DNA of 64,000 nt from Owenia fusiformis (Eukaryota). Of the stretch, positions 13,481-28,400 are shown piece by piece; the first letter of the stretch is position 1; every line of letters begins with the position of its first letter. The translations under genes and the position numbers were made by a program. Location of the stretch: positions 17,918,001-17,982,000 of the forward strand of contig CAIIXF020000001.1 in assembly GCA_903813345.2 (NCBI GenBank), in the 5' to 3' direction. Under the pieces are notes generated by a model that was not told the DNA's origin, did not search any database, and saw only the letters and a program-made list of their open reading frames with translations.

Positions 13481-16400
13481 GTTTAGTTTTAGGTTTAGAA
13501 AATGGTGGGAGAAGGGATGCTAGACATTATTTCTTTATGTATAATATCATCATTTTCTTTTTGTGTTCAGATCATAGCTTTCTTTACCTTAACAACTTTT
13601 CCCTCTTGTACCTAGATATTCAAATCAGCTTGGACAAGTAATGTCATTCTCTCGTGGTGGACGGCGAGTGGTCCATGACTTTTGAACGAGAAAACAATGT
13701 AACGGGGTAAATAACCTTTCATCAAATTTTGTGAAATATAAATGTGATTAAATGCAAAAAGTGGATTGTAGGTTTGAGATAAGAATATTTCCGTTTGTCT
13801 CAGTTGCTGTTAAGGATGAGGGTTGTATTGTACTTAAACATCATCACTGGTATCGTAAATACAAATTATCGTAAACCCATTTCCCATATAAAAGACAATA
13901 ACTTTGAATAAATGAGGGAGATATGCACAGTAAAACATGTGTATATTGAACATTTTGCCGAGAAAAAAACGTTAAGTGTTTGAACAGAGAGGGTAATTTA
14001 TACAGATGCCAGTATGTGCGGAGAAAAGGTGTCTACTAGAGACAGGTCTTCACCATTAGACAGGTTGGCTGTATCATGTAACAAGTGATCAGTTGTACAA
14101 ACGGATATTGTACACATATCAGCAGTCATATTGACAGGTGACAGTATTGGAGATGACACAATATTTCAAACCATCCTTCAATCAAAGGACTTCATTTAAA
14201 TACTCTTGGACCAAGGATGATTCCAAACAATCAATGTAATGCATAAACAGCCTCATTAGATTTCTAGAGAAAAATTTGCAACAATATTAAAAAATTAAGT
14301 GACACTAATTACACAGATATTACTTAAAAAAGTTAACTGATTTTTGTGAACCACCCCATGTCCCTGATATATGGACAAGGGTGTATATGATATCATGATT
14401 CATGCTCTGGCACTCGAGTTGGGTGAAAGTTTGGGCCAAGTGAATTTATTAGTAAGAATAAATCCTATAACAAAAAATATGTTTCCCAAAATCGATTTCG
14501 GTAAAAACATGTGATTAACCACCGTGAATTAAGAAAACCAATTAATTCCGAAGAGTTAGAGTAACTGAGATGGGTAGCAGGGATACTGTATTATTCTATA
14601 TCATGTTTACTATTGTATTATTACCGAGTGCACAGGTAGCCTGGTAGAATGTGGTCACTTTGCAATCAATGTAATTGTGAATGAATGTCATTATGAAATC
14701 AAAACCCCAAATGGAATACATAAACACGTGCATGGACAATATACCGTGCAATGACAGCAGACAATCGACACTTATTGATGAGACTTCTCAAATGAATAGT
14801 AGGAGTTCGATGTCAAATTTATAATCCTGAATAGACAATCGACTGGCATTCGTTCCACATCAACATCAAATTATGTCAGTTGTCAAACATTATCTCGTCA
14901 TAATCATATTGCACAATTTGAGATGTTTTTGTTTGTACAACTGGTATATCTTTTGGGTCAACGACTAAAGCGCGTCTTTTTAAAATCAACATAAACCTTT
15001 GAATGAGTTTATACAAAAGCATATATTTTATAAAATATAACATAACATATTTTATATACGATCTGACATCGGTAATCAACGGTAATCATGTAATGTAACC
15101 GTGATAATAGTGTACTCTCTAAGTTGCTTTTCTTTAACGAAAACAGTCTATTATGTATAGCAGGAAGCTCGATAGAGGCCTTTTAGAATTGCTTAAGAAA
15201 TGTAGGAGTAGCAGTTTTTTAGGTATGTGTTCAGGTCAATGCAACCTTTTATGCAGCGGTTGCCAAGCAATGCATTCCAGTTTCAAATGGACGAGGGAAT
15301 GATTTCTGCTCCCTAATGTTAATGATAAAATAGAGTGTTTCATTTGGTCGATAGTGTGAGGTATGAACAGTATGCACGTACTGTCAGTATTTGCGTTTTG
15401 TAACTTGAATTACAGATTATGATTGTACGACAGTGAATAGTTATACACGTCGTTTATAGAACGTTCTGTTTTAGTTGTTGCCACTTTATGATTTTATTGT
15501 GTTAAACAAATGTCCTGTATGACTATACACCATGTCCATAACGCACATTCGTTGGTCATCACAAGTGATATTCACTTTTAAAGTTGGTCCTTGGTTCATT
15601 ATTTCAAATTTATCTTTTTTTGTTTCATATTTCGTCAACTCATCATGCCATGACTACTCTATCCATATATTTCATAAAAATTACTTTTGTATGTAAAGTA
15701 TATTATGTTGTTCATGGAACTGGGTAAATTGTTGTCTTTCTTTTTATCTTCTGTCTGTTCCTACGTCCTTACACATTGTATATGTACGAAATAGTGTGTT
15801 AATCCAGTTCAAGTTAAGGAGGTAGTAAATATATGTCATTGTCATGATATATTAAGCAGATAAAAGCTATAGGACAAAATACATGATCACGACTAATTGT
15901 TATTTATTGTATTCATGAAACTCTAGAAACAACAATTTTTGCAAGGAGGCCCATATAGGATCAAATATATATATATAATGTATAATCATATCGGACTCAG
16001 GCGCCATGTTTTCAAAATTCGGCTTACCGGCCATACTTTCAGGGACAGAAATACGTGTTTTTCTGCTAAAACGAACATCTTTCTCGAATAAGCATTCTTT
16101 ATTTGATGAAAAAGATATTCGCACTCATTCGGCACGATTCGGAGAGGCGAAGCACGTAAAAACATTGACACAGTCAATGTGTGATTTCGGAAGAGCAATT
16201 ATTCAGGCGACATTATTAAAAGACGAGGATGGCAACCGATGTATGAAACTTTACTTTGGCCAGAATCAAACGTAGAAACAATCTTTTCTTCCACGTTGCA
16301 AAAACAACCGGTCAAATTAATTTATAGGTTTGTGTCATTCTTGTCTGCATACGAGCGCATTTTTATGCTGAAATCGATCGATCGTACCGAATCGTGCATA

Positions 16401-16587
16401 TTGTGTTAGAAATCTTGCGTCTTGCAGTACTGACTAAAATGAATATTACCATTTTTGTCACAAATGCATGTTTGACCCTATCTTTGTCTTAGCTCTCTGT
16501 ATGCTGTTGCGTATTGCGAACAGTATGTTCCTTTTCGTCCATTCCCTTGATGTATAGGCTCTCTTTTAGGATATTTCGGGTACTATT

Positions 16588-16917
16588 CAACTTTTGTCTG
16601 TCGGCTACCGGATTAACCTACTATTTTATGACCAACTCATTTAAAAATATGGATGGAATAGTGATAAGAATTAACTAGTCATATTTAAATGAGTTGCCAA
16701 TAAAATAATAGGTTAATCCGGTAGTCGACAGCCAAAAGTTGCATTCACGAAAACTAGCATTCGCCAATTCAATCACCGGCTGACGGTTTGACATTCCATT
16801 TTATGGCCAACTCCATAGATATGAATAGAATAGTATTAGATGCTATTTATAGTTAAATTAGTTGGCCATAAAATGGTATCTAAAATCGGCAGCCGCCAGT
16901 TGAATTCGTGAATGCTA
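16588..16917. mobile_element. Two adjacent related ~155-165-bp palindromic MITE-like hairpins
   Basis: Hairpin 1, 16588-16741: caacttttgtctgtcggctaccggattaaccta...taggttaatccggtagtcgacagccaaaagttg. Hairpin 2, 16755-16917: tagcattc...ttttatggccaact...agttggccataaaa...gaatgcta. Confidence 0.7.
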
Positions 16918-17135
16918 CAAAAGCATGAAATAAGGCAAATCCCATTCTCACGAAACTCAATGAGAACAAACTAATGGCATGGATTTATCAAAGTATACTG
17001 TAAGATTAAAACTTATTAAAAAGGTATGGGTTTACTCAAGGTGTATTCCATTCCTCAACACAAATTCACTGCAATATGTTGACATATCCTAAACAACCAA
17101 TGTACAGGGTTACTCGAAACTATGGGGTCCCCTTG

Positions 17136-17349
17136 GGCAGACATATATCAATGTCTCCATAGTATGTGTTATATATCATTTCAAAGCTTATCCAAAGCCA
17201 CATTGATTTGCCAAGTATCATGGTTCAACTCATAAGCGATAAAAAGTGACAGGCATTTCAAAACTTTCTTTGGCCAAAATATAGTAACTTTGGATGAGCT
17301 TTAAAATGATATGTTAAACATACTATGGCGACATTGGTATATATTTGCC
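17136..17349. mobile_element. Degenerate foldback/MITE
   Basis: ggcagacatatatcaatgtctccatagtatg...atcatttcaaagcttatccaaag pairs with ctttggatgagctttaaaatgat...catactatggcgacattggtatatatttgcc. Confidence 0.65.
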
Positions 17350-17826
17350 TATATATTTGCGATATACAACATGGCAAGGAACTAAGCTGAAAAAAGTAAT
17401 ACACATTAAAAGAATATGAGTTTTAAATGAAATTCATCTTACCAAATAAGAATTAGGGTCAGAACAAGCAAAAAAGAATAAAAATACTTAAATTATATTT
17501 CTTGTAAAAATATTCGAAAATAATCAATATAAGTCTTTTATATTTTTGTCTTTAACGTTAAACATGAAATGATATTACTTGTTTTTCGTGATACAACAGT
17601 TATTATAGTTATTATTTATTTATTTGTAGTGGTCAGTCTTACAATTCAATAAATATAAAACGATGAATTAAAACTTTCGAACTTACAGAAAACGTTTGTG
17701 AGCCCAGCGGGGTGTATTCGACGATATTACCCCTGCTCCGAGGTCTATATTTCTTAACGCCCGGCAATTTTCCCCGGGAAATAAGATTTCCTTCAGTTCT
17801 TGTTATTTCAGCCCTAGGTATTAACG

Positions 17827-17948
17827 GTGGTAATAAAACTGTCATTTCAGCGGGCAACAGAGTGAAATATTGGACCTTGGGCCTTCGATCCTCGGTCCAA
17901 TATTTCACTATATCGCCCTCCGAAATCAGTGACCTCGTTTTCGCCATC
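17827..17948. repeat. Palindromic repeat element with a perfect 16-bp stem
   Basis: agtgaaatattggacc (17861) ... ggtccaatatttcact (ends 17909), with imperfect extension either side. Locally GC-richer than the background. Confidence 0.6.
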
Positions 17949-19283
17949 ATGTTTCACAAACTCCGCCCTTTTAAAATGACTCGTTAATATTCATGAGCTT
18001 CATGTTACCGGTTTGGTTATTGACCAGGCCGCTTAACTATACAGAATGTAGTTTTCAGTCTTTAGTGATGAAACTGTCGGTCCAGGTCAAATTATGCCCT
18101 ATGCTATATGTATGGCTGATTGTGTTTGGCAATTTCTTTTAAGAGATAACTTTATTGTTGTAATTGTCGTCTGTAGCCACCTAGACTCTTGTTCTAGCAG
18201 ATCCTATTGAGATTTAATAGTTAAAGATGTGCATGAGGTTGGTCGTATTTTAAGTTCACTTGACAAGTTACATTTGCAATATTGAGCACATAAACATTAT
18301 TTTCTGCTTCGTTGTCTGAATAAGTATACTGCTTGCAATTGTGATTAGATACAGAACATGTGAAAGAAGGAATACTGACTATCAATTGCAATCGGTTTGA
18401 AATATGTTTTATTTATTTAAATAAAAAATCAGTACGGTAGTTTGTTTTCAAAATAGGTAGTTTATTCAATGCCTCTCAATTTTTTGGGGTTAAAACTTGA
18501 GTAACTTGGGCTATATTACCTCATCTGTGTAGTTTTGCCAAAATGAGGCACTTTTACAGTGTGGTAATTTTATCACGAGAACGTCAAACGATTGAGTGAT
18601 TTCATGAGACAAGTTTTTGTTGGTGGGTTTGCGACTCCTTTGAGTTGACTATGACTATTTGGAATACCTTGTTGTTTTCGCTATCGGAAGGATATCCAGG
18701 TACTCAAAAAGAGCAAAAAGAGCAAATTAAGCTTTATTTATTGAACGACCTTTAACAATATTCGACTTCTCAATTAGTTTACAGTGTATGTTACATATGC
18801 TTTGTAGGGGTTGTGTTAATTCTTTTTTTACATAAATGTCGTAATCTGTACTTTCTAATATGTGGTAAAACATTTATCACACATCTTTACTTGAACAGAA
18901 TATTCGTCAAGGCATGAAAAAACTTCATTTGAAAAGCAGTCCAATGATGTATTAAACATTTATAAATATACTCGTAAATGTTCGATTTTTCGTAACGTAA
19001 GAGAACCATATGCGCTTATCTTATACCTCAAGGACAGAGGCATGTTGTGATGCATTCTTACAAACATTTTTATATCGGTGATATGACATAAACAATGATA
19101 TTTATCAGGCTAGATTTATGGAATAAGTCTATAACGTATATTAAAGCATCGGAATTGAAGTTAAAGAGCTAAAAAATGCGAATATTGAATATCTGATTCA
19201 GGTATTTAAATACATATTATTTCGATATTTTCAAGTCAGTATTTGCTGTGGTCAAACTGATTATACAGATATGATAATTTATA

Positions 19284-19522
19284 TCAAGTATATCATTGTA
19301 CAATCATTTAGAATTAAATACCATTTTGTAGATTGCCAAAACTTTTCCACTGGCTATAAAATATAGTTTTTGACATGATATCCTATGGATATCACAATAA
19401 AAATGAAATAGTCAAGTATATCATTGTACAATCATTTAGAATTAAATATCATTTTGTAGATTGCCAAAACCTTTCCAATTTGACATGATATCCTACGAAT
19501 ATCACAATAAAAATGAAATAGT
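19284..19522 (+). repeat. Local direct tandem duplication (128-bp offset, second copy with an internal deletion)
   Basis: tcaagtatatcattgtacaatcatttagaattaaata...atatcacaataaaaatgaaatagt occurs at 19284 and 19412. Confidence 0.9.
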
Positions 19523-21099
19523 TTTAAAAAGGTAAATGTGTTCAACATCTCCAATATATTCTGAAGAGGGTGTGGGGTTGTCTGATACAACTAACTATCG
19601 TACATTGGCATTCTGTAGTGGTTCCTTATGGCCCAATGTTACAGGGGCCATCTATATTGCAGTAACGTATTGTTGTTACTTAATTTTTTTAAAGTTGTTT
19701 CTTAATTTCTTAATTACAAAACATTGGTCCTTGTAGAAGATTTGAAAAATAATTTAGTCATTCTTAATTTTGAATGCTCTAATTTTAAATATCAGAGGGA
19801 TAAAGTTGAATTATTTCTTCATGGAGATTCACATTTAACAAAGCCACCAATTTAAAACATCCTTTTAATAGCTCATTGCATAATTTCTCGAAAAGTGGCC
19901 GAATGTCAAGGTTTTTCTGCTATCATTTTACTTAGCTCTGAGTTCTTATTTACATTTTCTTCTTCCTGTACATATTATGCTTGTAATTGCTACAGCAAAG
20001 CCACTACATTTGTGTGTTATGTTTTTATATGTAATGTGAAATAAATTCTATGAATAAAATAAACATTGAACATCAAGAAAATGTATGCAATACTCCATAC
20101 ACCTTCAAAATCATATCAATGAGTAAAGATCCGGTCTCAGTCAACAGTACTTTCAAGGTTTATAGAATCGGTATACAATTAACCAGTTACCATCAAGAGA
20201 GGTCTAGAATTGCATGTTATAACATGGGTTTGCTTTATGCGCCTATGTTTATGATTTTGCATATTCTTGTATTCCAAAATCAATGGAATAAAAAATATTG
20301 AAGGAGAACATTTCTTTTAAATAAAAATTCCCAAGGTTTGACCTACACTGCAGCTTTTACAACCACAAAACTGAATCACTGATGATTAGCAAATAATTGA
20401 GCATAATGATGAATAAGTAGATGGATAGAGATGTAAAACTGCCAGAACATTCATAATTACATGCTCAAATATATACGGATATAATACATAACCCTAACAT
20501 GCCCTCTTTCAAGATCGGGCTTCACTGCTATAGCAGCTATAAGGAAAGCATGGGAATATAAACCCTTGGACCAAGGATACCAGCATGTGTATCCTCACTC
20601 TCACTTTGAAAAGGGGACAGACCCTGTAAAACTTAAGAAAGTTTTTCAAGGAAACGAATACACTCTTTAACCAGAATATTACCAACCGTTTTTGTAAATT
20701 ATGCGGACGAAGTAATTCCTTAGAAATGAAAAACATTGTCAATTTTTGAAGTTTACCTAATGCCACTCTGAAAAATTGAACAACATCATCTTATCAAATT
20801 TCAGAGCAAATTGATAACGAGATAATGAGGAAATCATTAATCAATTAGAAAATATTGGTGAAACTTATATTTGCATTTCCATTTCCAAGGTTACGTTATT
20901 TGATTGATTTTTTACACGACATTTTCAAAAACAGTTGGGTTAGTACGGTAGTTGATGTTTTGTTTAATTTGGAACATGATTTATAGGGCCTTGTATTGTA
21001 AAAATATTGTTCCTCTTATTTTCTAAACATTTCAAACACACTAATTGTATATCTTAAAGTTTATTTTGGCATGTACAACTCAAGAATAATACATTAAAT

Positions 21100-21720
21100 A
21101 GTTTGTTGCCAGGTGCACAGAGATACAACGTAACGCCCCATTATTAGTAACACACTGACATTATAATTTTGTATTTTCCCCATAATGTTTACACAGGTTT
21201 TGCTATTCATGTGTTGCCCTTATGCATTCTCCCCAACATCAGCAATGGAAAGGGAAACCTAAAATGCCTAAAATTTCACAGTATGATAAACTTTCCTGTT
21301 AAATAAAATGAGATATATCTATTAACGCCTTAGAATTTGTAACAGGCATAATTTTAACTTAGCTCAGCAAGTCTAATCTTTGAAAATTGTTTTTATACAA
21401 TGGATGAAGAATTTATTTGCAGACAAGTCAACATCATAAGACAAGTCAAGAAAGATTATCTAGTAAATTATTTTAGTTTATAAACAGCAAAGCTCCCGTA
21501 TTTGTGCCCTGGGGTACACCAGCCTTTAGCTGATCAGATTCTAACCATTTGAAATATCATGTTAACTTATCCTACTTTCATCAATCAACAAGAATGAGTT
21601 GGTTCAAAACGCGAATGCATTATAGTCATACCATCTCCAGACAGTAAAATGGATTGATGTGATCACAATCAAAGGCTAACGCTACATCTAAAGATATAGT
21701 ATCTATTCTATTCTCTTTTC
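21100..21720 (-). pseudogene. Decayed non-LTR retrotransposon reverse-transcriptase fragment
   Basis: Minus strand reads LKAGVPQGTNTG at ~21495-21530 (RT motif GVPQG) and, upstream of it, DVALAFDCDH at ~21655-21690 (degenerate D.SKAFD.V.H). No long ORF. Boundaries approximate. Confidence 0.55.
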
Positions 21721-21822
21721 TCAATTTCAAGCTGCGATGTTGAGTTATTTGCGCGATATATATGGATTTAATCATATTTTTTCTCATGTTCAACTTTGAG
21801 TCAATAAACTCGAATAAATAAA

Positions 21823-22432
21823 CACGCCCAGTGATCGTACAAAATGGATGGAGGGGGATTAGGCGATTTCTGCAAGAAAACTCAACAAATTTGGAAGATT
21901 TATTTTTTCAAGAGAAAATTTACAACTGGATTGAGAAATGAATAGGCGCAGTGCATGGCAAAATATGTTAGGTCATCTAGTAAACTTTTTTGAACTGATA
22001 CCCTTCTAAGATATGAGATCTATTAAAAAAGGCGCATCATCACCAACGTGCAAACGTCATGTTTTTGCTATAAATCGGGCAACAATGGTCTACACGACCT
22101 ATAATAAATAGGTATAAAGAACGTTATTATCACAATACTAATGACATTGCTCACTTTTTAAAGTTAGTTTCCATGCGTTATACAAAAAATAATCGAAATG
22201 AACTAATATTGGATGGAGGGGGGGGGGATTGGATAGATATCATATCTTAGAATGGTATCAGTTCAAAAAAATTACTAGATGACCTAACATATTTTGCCAT
22301 GCACTGTGCCTATTCATTTGGCAATCCAGTTGTAAATTTTCTCTTGAAAAAATAAATCTTCCAAATTTGTTGAGTTTTCTTGCAGAAATCGCCTAATCCC
22401 CCTCCATCCATTTTGTACGATCACCGGGCGTG
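21823..22432. mobile_element. Non-autonomous DNA transposon, ~200-bp TIRs, CAC...GTG ends, 5-bp TSD (ATAAA); Transib-like
   Basis: cacgcccagtgatcgtacaaaatggatggagggggattaggcg... and ...cgcctaatccccctccatccattttgtacgatcaccgggcgtg. ataaa lies directly on both sides. Confidence 0.85.
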
Positions 22433-25400
22433 ATAAAGCAGATCCATTATTTCAGAATTGTTCGATTTACGTACGGCTGAATTTTGTATCAAATGGCCTT
22501 TTTGAAAAACAATAATAGTTGAACCCCGATTTCTCATTCCAGCTTCACCAAACCAATATGAAACATCAAAAATCTACTATATTCACCATTCATTTAACAA
22601 TTTTTAAAGATCCCATTGAGTTAATTTGGATTTACAAGCCAGCGTTTCAATTGCCCCTCCCTTAAAGTTGATAAGGTGACTATGAGTATCAAATTTTGTT
22701 GATAAAATAAGTTCAACCTTGCAATTTTCTTTGGACTTAGGTATATCTCTCCACTGTAAACCTCGATCGTAACAGAAAATTGTGTTTATTGCATGTATAC
22801 ACTCGCTATCTTTTTTAAGTATACACTGTAGAGTCTATAATATACATGATAGCTGCACTGTTTAATTGGTAGAAAACACGCCAATACGATTAGAGTAGCA
22901 CACAATAAATTGTGGCGCAATTTGCTCTATGATTCCAAATCCCTATTTGAAAGGTGATTAAGTGTCACTTAACTAAATTTATACATAAAATTGTATATTT
23001 GTAATTGCATTCTTAAATATAGGAGAATTATGTAAACTTTCGTATTTCTATGATCGTTAGTTGATACGAGTAGAAAAGTCAAATTAATTCATAAAACATA
23101 TGTACATTTGGTGGGAAGATGTTTTTAATGTAAAGTAATATATTTATCTAAACATAGTTTTCCAAGCTTCTTACAAAATTTAGAATGATTTGCTCCACAT
23201 TTGTTTGACCACCCTGTACATTGTCTCTTACGTACTCGAAATTGCAGTTTTAGTTGAAATGAAGGTTTTAGCCTACACATTGTCAGTTATGTAAACCTAT
23301 TTTATTTGCATTCGAATTGAGCATCTTAAAAATGTAAATGTATGTTACGACCGTTAGGAGTTATCTACTCTGCAGTGGTTATCTAAATTACAGATATACC
23401 ATGTCTGTTGTCTGCTTATAGCTAATTTTAAGGCTATGCCATTAAAATTATTTGCCATTCAATATGATATGATCGTAAAGTTAACCTCATCGTGAGTACT
23501 ATGTCCCTAGGATTCATAAAACATCGGTTAAACGCATTTAATTAGACATAAATCATGTTTGTTTTTCATTTGGACTTCATTAGCATTCTTTATGTTAATG
23601 TATTTAAACTTTTGTTTAACGAAAATATGAATAACCATTATACAATCGGAATCCGGGAAACATACAGTGAATCTCATGGATACTTTCTATTATGCTATTC
23701 AGCCTCTTTCAAGCACCCTTTGCCTCGGGGGTCATACTCGTCGATTCAGGTAATTCATTCATCTTATATTTATTTGTTTTCATTGCGCTTAAAAATAATT
23801 ATTCAACCATTTAGCATATTTTATTATCGTAATGTCCACTATAGTCTACATGGTTCATTAACTGTTTATGTGTTTAAATCAATTTAGATCGTGGCAACCC
23901 TAACATATAAATCATTGACAAACATTCGAAATATATTCATTGATCGAGGTCAGAAAAGTTTTTAACAAAGTTATATAAAAGAACGCCGATCTCTGTTTTT
24001 AAGGATATTGAGTGATCTCATCCTCATGCATGGACCTTTTATTTTAGGATTCAATTGTTTTAGCATTTTCTTCCGAGTTAAAATAGCATGGGAAATAAAC
24101 GCACCTATGTTTGAATACAATTACAGACATACATTTCTGAATGTAATTTAGTAACCTACAACCTTAGAGGTTCAATTGCTCTCATATATAATGGAAATAA
24201 AACCTGGTCTGTACTTAGAACTATCGCAAGCCCTCCTAAATATGGCAAATTTAGTTATTGGGAAAAGACAGAACTGAAAGATAACCAAGAAATACGACTC
24301 AACTTTGGCCAACTTGAAAATATACTGACGCTATAAATCCCCTGGGTTAGATAGGCAAGTGATTTAATAAACGCAACGAGCACATTTTTCATCCTAATAA
24401 CTGCTTAGACTTTGGTTGCCATGTAGTCGCAATCTCTGCTAAAGGCGATAGGTCTCTGAGACCTTCCCCCAGTTCACCCAGTGCTGCTTTTATTGCTGCG
24501 CTCATTGAACGCAAAGTGAAGACGGTCGTAAATAAAAAATATATTGAAAAGTGGATAGTACTCGCACGACCTCGAATCTTGAAGCTGAAACCAACTCTAG
24601 TTTCAGGCCTGACTATTAAACTGTAACGTGAATTGGGAAGGAAGAGGGGATTGGTTGGGAGAAAACATGTGCTCATCAACCATCAATAGCAGAATTTGAT
24701 TGTATGTTTAATTGTGGTATTGGTCTTGTAGTGCAAGATCGATGGTTAATCTCGTTGCTAGGAGACACGCTTTAACGTTTTCAAAACCGGATATACTGGA
24801 TTATACATTAGATTATGCTGCCATCTTTTGGAAAATGCCATTGCTTGCATTGCGATGACGTATATGAAACATATGGCATATCAACAACGCATATCAACAA
24901 CAAAGCAAATGCCTTCAAAAGTGGACGTGGCCTTCATTCGATCGAGTACACATCTGTGATGTGGCAGACACATGATATTTCCAAATTCGAACTTAACACG
25001 CAAATCCCCATGTGCAGTCTGTATATGGTTCCAGGTTTTTTGTTAATTAATTTGAGTAATTCGTACAACATTCTTGTTCTAGTATCTCAGAAGCAAGACA
25101 ATACAGCATTTGGACGCAGTGTGCAAACATCAAAGTATTCCAATCAATTTTGCACTATCAATTCACTTAAATGTAACAGCTAAATTTACCTTAAAATGTA
25201 CTAAAATCGAAATAAACTTTCATAGATCGATATGGTACAAAGGCAACACTTATTTCAACCATTTAGTGCAACTAAACCGGAAGGATGTATGGAGGCCATT
25301 TGACTTTTGTCAGCTGCAGCAAGAAGATTCTTTCCTTCACAATGACCTTCTTGGAGTTTACTGGATCGGTATTTCCGAGTGGTGGAAAGGTTGTACACTA

Positions 25401-28400
25401 TATTTTCTGGATTCTCTGAAGTCTTGTCTTTACCCTGTAAATCGAGATTGTGTCGCATTTTATCACTTCTCATTTCACAGGGTAAATACAAAACTCAGTT
25501 TTTGCTTCAAATCAAACCATTCCCGACGGCCCCTTCACAATTTGCCATATACCTTCAGCAATATAGTTGCGGATTTGCTGCTCAACGCTCAAGATAGTCA
25601 ACTCCCACGTTAACTATTGGAATAACTTTTTTGAGCTTGAGAAGTAATTGAATAAACAGAGCACCAAATGTGTTGTCAATTGAAATATGACTTAGGTGAA
25701 TAGCTTGTCTTCCAGGTTATGATATATTGCAATATTGGTGTAGTTGACATTTTTTGTTGCCACTATGAGAGAATAAAACTTTTTAAAATTGACATAAAGA
25801 AGTTTTAAGCACTTTATAATGATCAAAAAGGGTAGCTAAGGACATAGGATGTTATGTACGACGCACTCGAGTGAACAGTTGACTATTATATATGTATTTA
25901 TTCAAGAGGTTTGAAGTGAAATCGATCCCATAAAATCCATGTTGAGAGTTTTGACTCTGGCATGCAGATTTTCACTTCCACTCGAATAAGGAACAACAAG
26001 TTTGCACTTTTAATGTTGGGTCATGCCACTTTACTCGTATAGTTCCTTTACGGATCTGCTTTATGATTACAAAAGGCTATCATTAATCTGATAAAACAAA
26101 ACATGTAATGATCCCGGAATATGATCTTGTATTTGATATGTGATTAATACTTATATCAATTCTATTCCATTTTAAACCTCAATACATATCATCTGATATC
26201 AACTATCATCGATATGAATCTTAACGCCTTGAAATTTTTCCGCAAAATCCGTTGCCATCTCACAAAACAAGTCTCTGTTGTAAATGTGATTCCGAGTAGC
26301 TCAAAGATATGCAAGAACTATTTTCTAGTGGTGTTGTATTCAGTATAAGTATCCATCCGCCAATCACCTTCAGGGAGTAACCGATGTGGTAAGTTGTACA
26401 TTTTATGATTATTTTATGAAAATATTAACCATTTTATAGTTTGACGAGGTAATTATAGATGTTGATATGTATTTAGATTCACTAGAAATTGTTTTTTAAA
26501 CATGAATTAATGAATAGATTGACAATAAAACAGCTTATATTTCCTTGTACAAAAAGTCAAGGAGGCATTTCACCGCTTGGTTAATCCCATTAACGAACCA
26601 TTGACCATTCATTATTTGCGCGTATTTATTCACGTAAACCTCCGTTTCGACGTACTATTTTAAACAATTATTTCTAAATTAAAACAATGCAATTTTGTCA
26701 AAATTTGAAAAATATTATACGATAGTAAGGAATATTCTTATAGAAGGAACTGTGATTATCGTTTACGGTGGTGTGTCAAGATGCATCGCTAAAATTCCGC
26801 TTTCAAAAAGGTTGTAACGTAACCAGCAGGAATATTTTGTATCATTTCAAGCGAAATGCTGAGCATATACCTCAGTACGTTCTATATATGATCCGTTAAA
26901 GTGTAAAGTATAAGTTGTATTTCACAACCTATATGGTTCCGTTCCTGTCCGTTCACTCCGCAATTCAAATCATCCTGGTACCGTGTATTCACATAAACTC
27001 CAGTGAAAAAGACATTGGATCTAAAGCTTATGCGTAAAGTGATTCAATACCAATGACATGTTCTTGGATAATTAAGGGGTTTCCCTCCTCCAAAGTAAAG
27101 GAGTAAAATGATAAATCAGAATGTCCTATCAAGAATTGTAGTTTATGATAGATGAAGAGCCAAAAATATAGTCATATATCACCACTTCTGTCGTCTCAAA
27201 TAATGCTTGTCCTGATCCATAACTTACTTACAAGACACTTCCATTTACAAAATGGACATATTCATTAAAGATGTACGTATCTACGTGCGTTTGGATGGTT
27301 ATTTTCCCATGTTTTATCGAAAAAATCTGTGTCAGTAATTTTAGGAACAAAAGTATAAACGTTGAATGCCCATACACACATAATGCATTATAGGCAAGTT
27401 TATCTCATAACCATTTTAAAATAGTCATACGTACTATTGTAGTGCCATGGTGATACTTGAACTATTTTTCAACACTACTTACGGTCATCATAACTATACT
27501 CTTCATGTGGCAGATGCTCAAAAAACTATAAATAACAATACATATGAATAAGTTATAAATTCTGATCACTGGAACAGTTATTCCTATTTACATGAATTTA
27601 ATCGCCGATTTATCATTTGAATTATAAATACATTCACTTTAGTTCGCTCTTTAATACAAATCAATCAACCTGTCTTTTTACTGAATAAATATTATACAAT
27701 TTTGCAGCCATAAACAGACTCATCAATATTTATAACAATAATTTGTGAGTACTAAAATTCTGTCCTGATCATATATCCGTTATTTCTATGTAGATTTAGA
27801 TGCAAATTGAATCATTCACTTACCGACGTTACATGTGATTAGTTAATCCTGTTTTACCATCCCCTAAAGGTCTACATTACGACCAATTTATGTAACAATA
27901 CAATTATGATATATTTCAAACCTGTATTATGATTCTAATGCGGCTATCACGATTTATGGTTTTTAGGTTAACATTTTGACTTTGCTGCATTTTGAATTAA
28001 ATCTTCCTCCGAATCTAAGATACTTTTCTAAATGCAAACACTAAGATGTTTTTCATTTAAATAGCTCCCAGACAAAACGGTGTTGAAACTGTATAAAACA
28101 GTAGTTTCGAGGTAAGAAACCATACATAAAAAACAAATAAAATGTCTGGACCATTCTGTCCTTGTGAGGTGTTTTGGATCGGTGCTAATTACCTCTGATA
28201 TTTCAATATAAAATAGGTAAAATATTAAATATTGTATTTTTACAATATTCATTAACTCAATATGATTATGAATATAGGAATTGGCTCCATTTTTACATCA
28301 AAAATAATTATTTCAAATTAATCATTTTTGCGTTTGATTGAGTACAGGGTGGGCTAAAAAGTAACATTGTAAAAATATTATGGAATTTGAAAAATAAATA

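Noticed and set aside
18454-18475. miR-196-like sequence TAGGTAGTTT
   Set aside because: Only 10 nt match and no hairpin partner nearby.
24389-25613. Cluster of 70-170-aa ORFs on both strands; faint Penelope-like words (VYNLS, ADK) on the minus strand
   Set aside because: No convincing domain motif or splice structure. At most a very decayed retroelement, which needs BLASTx.
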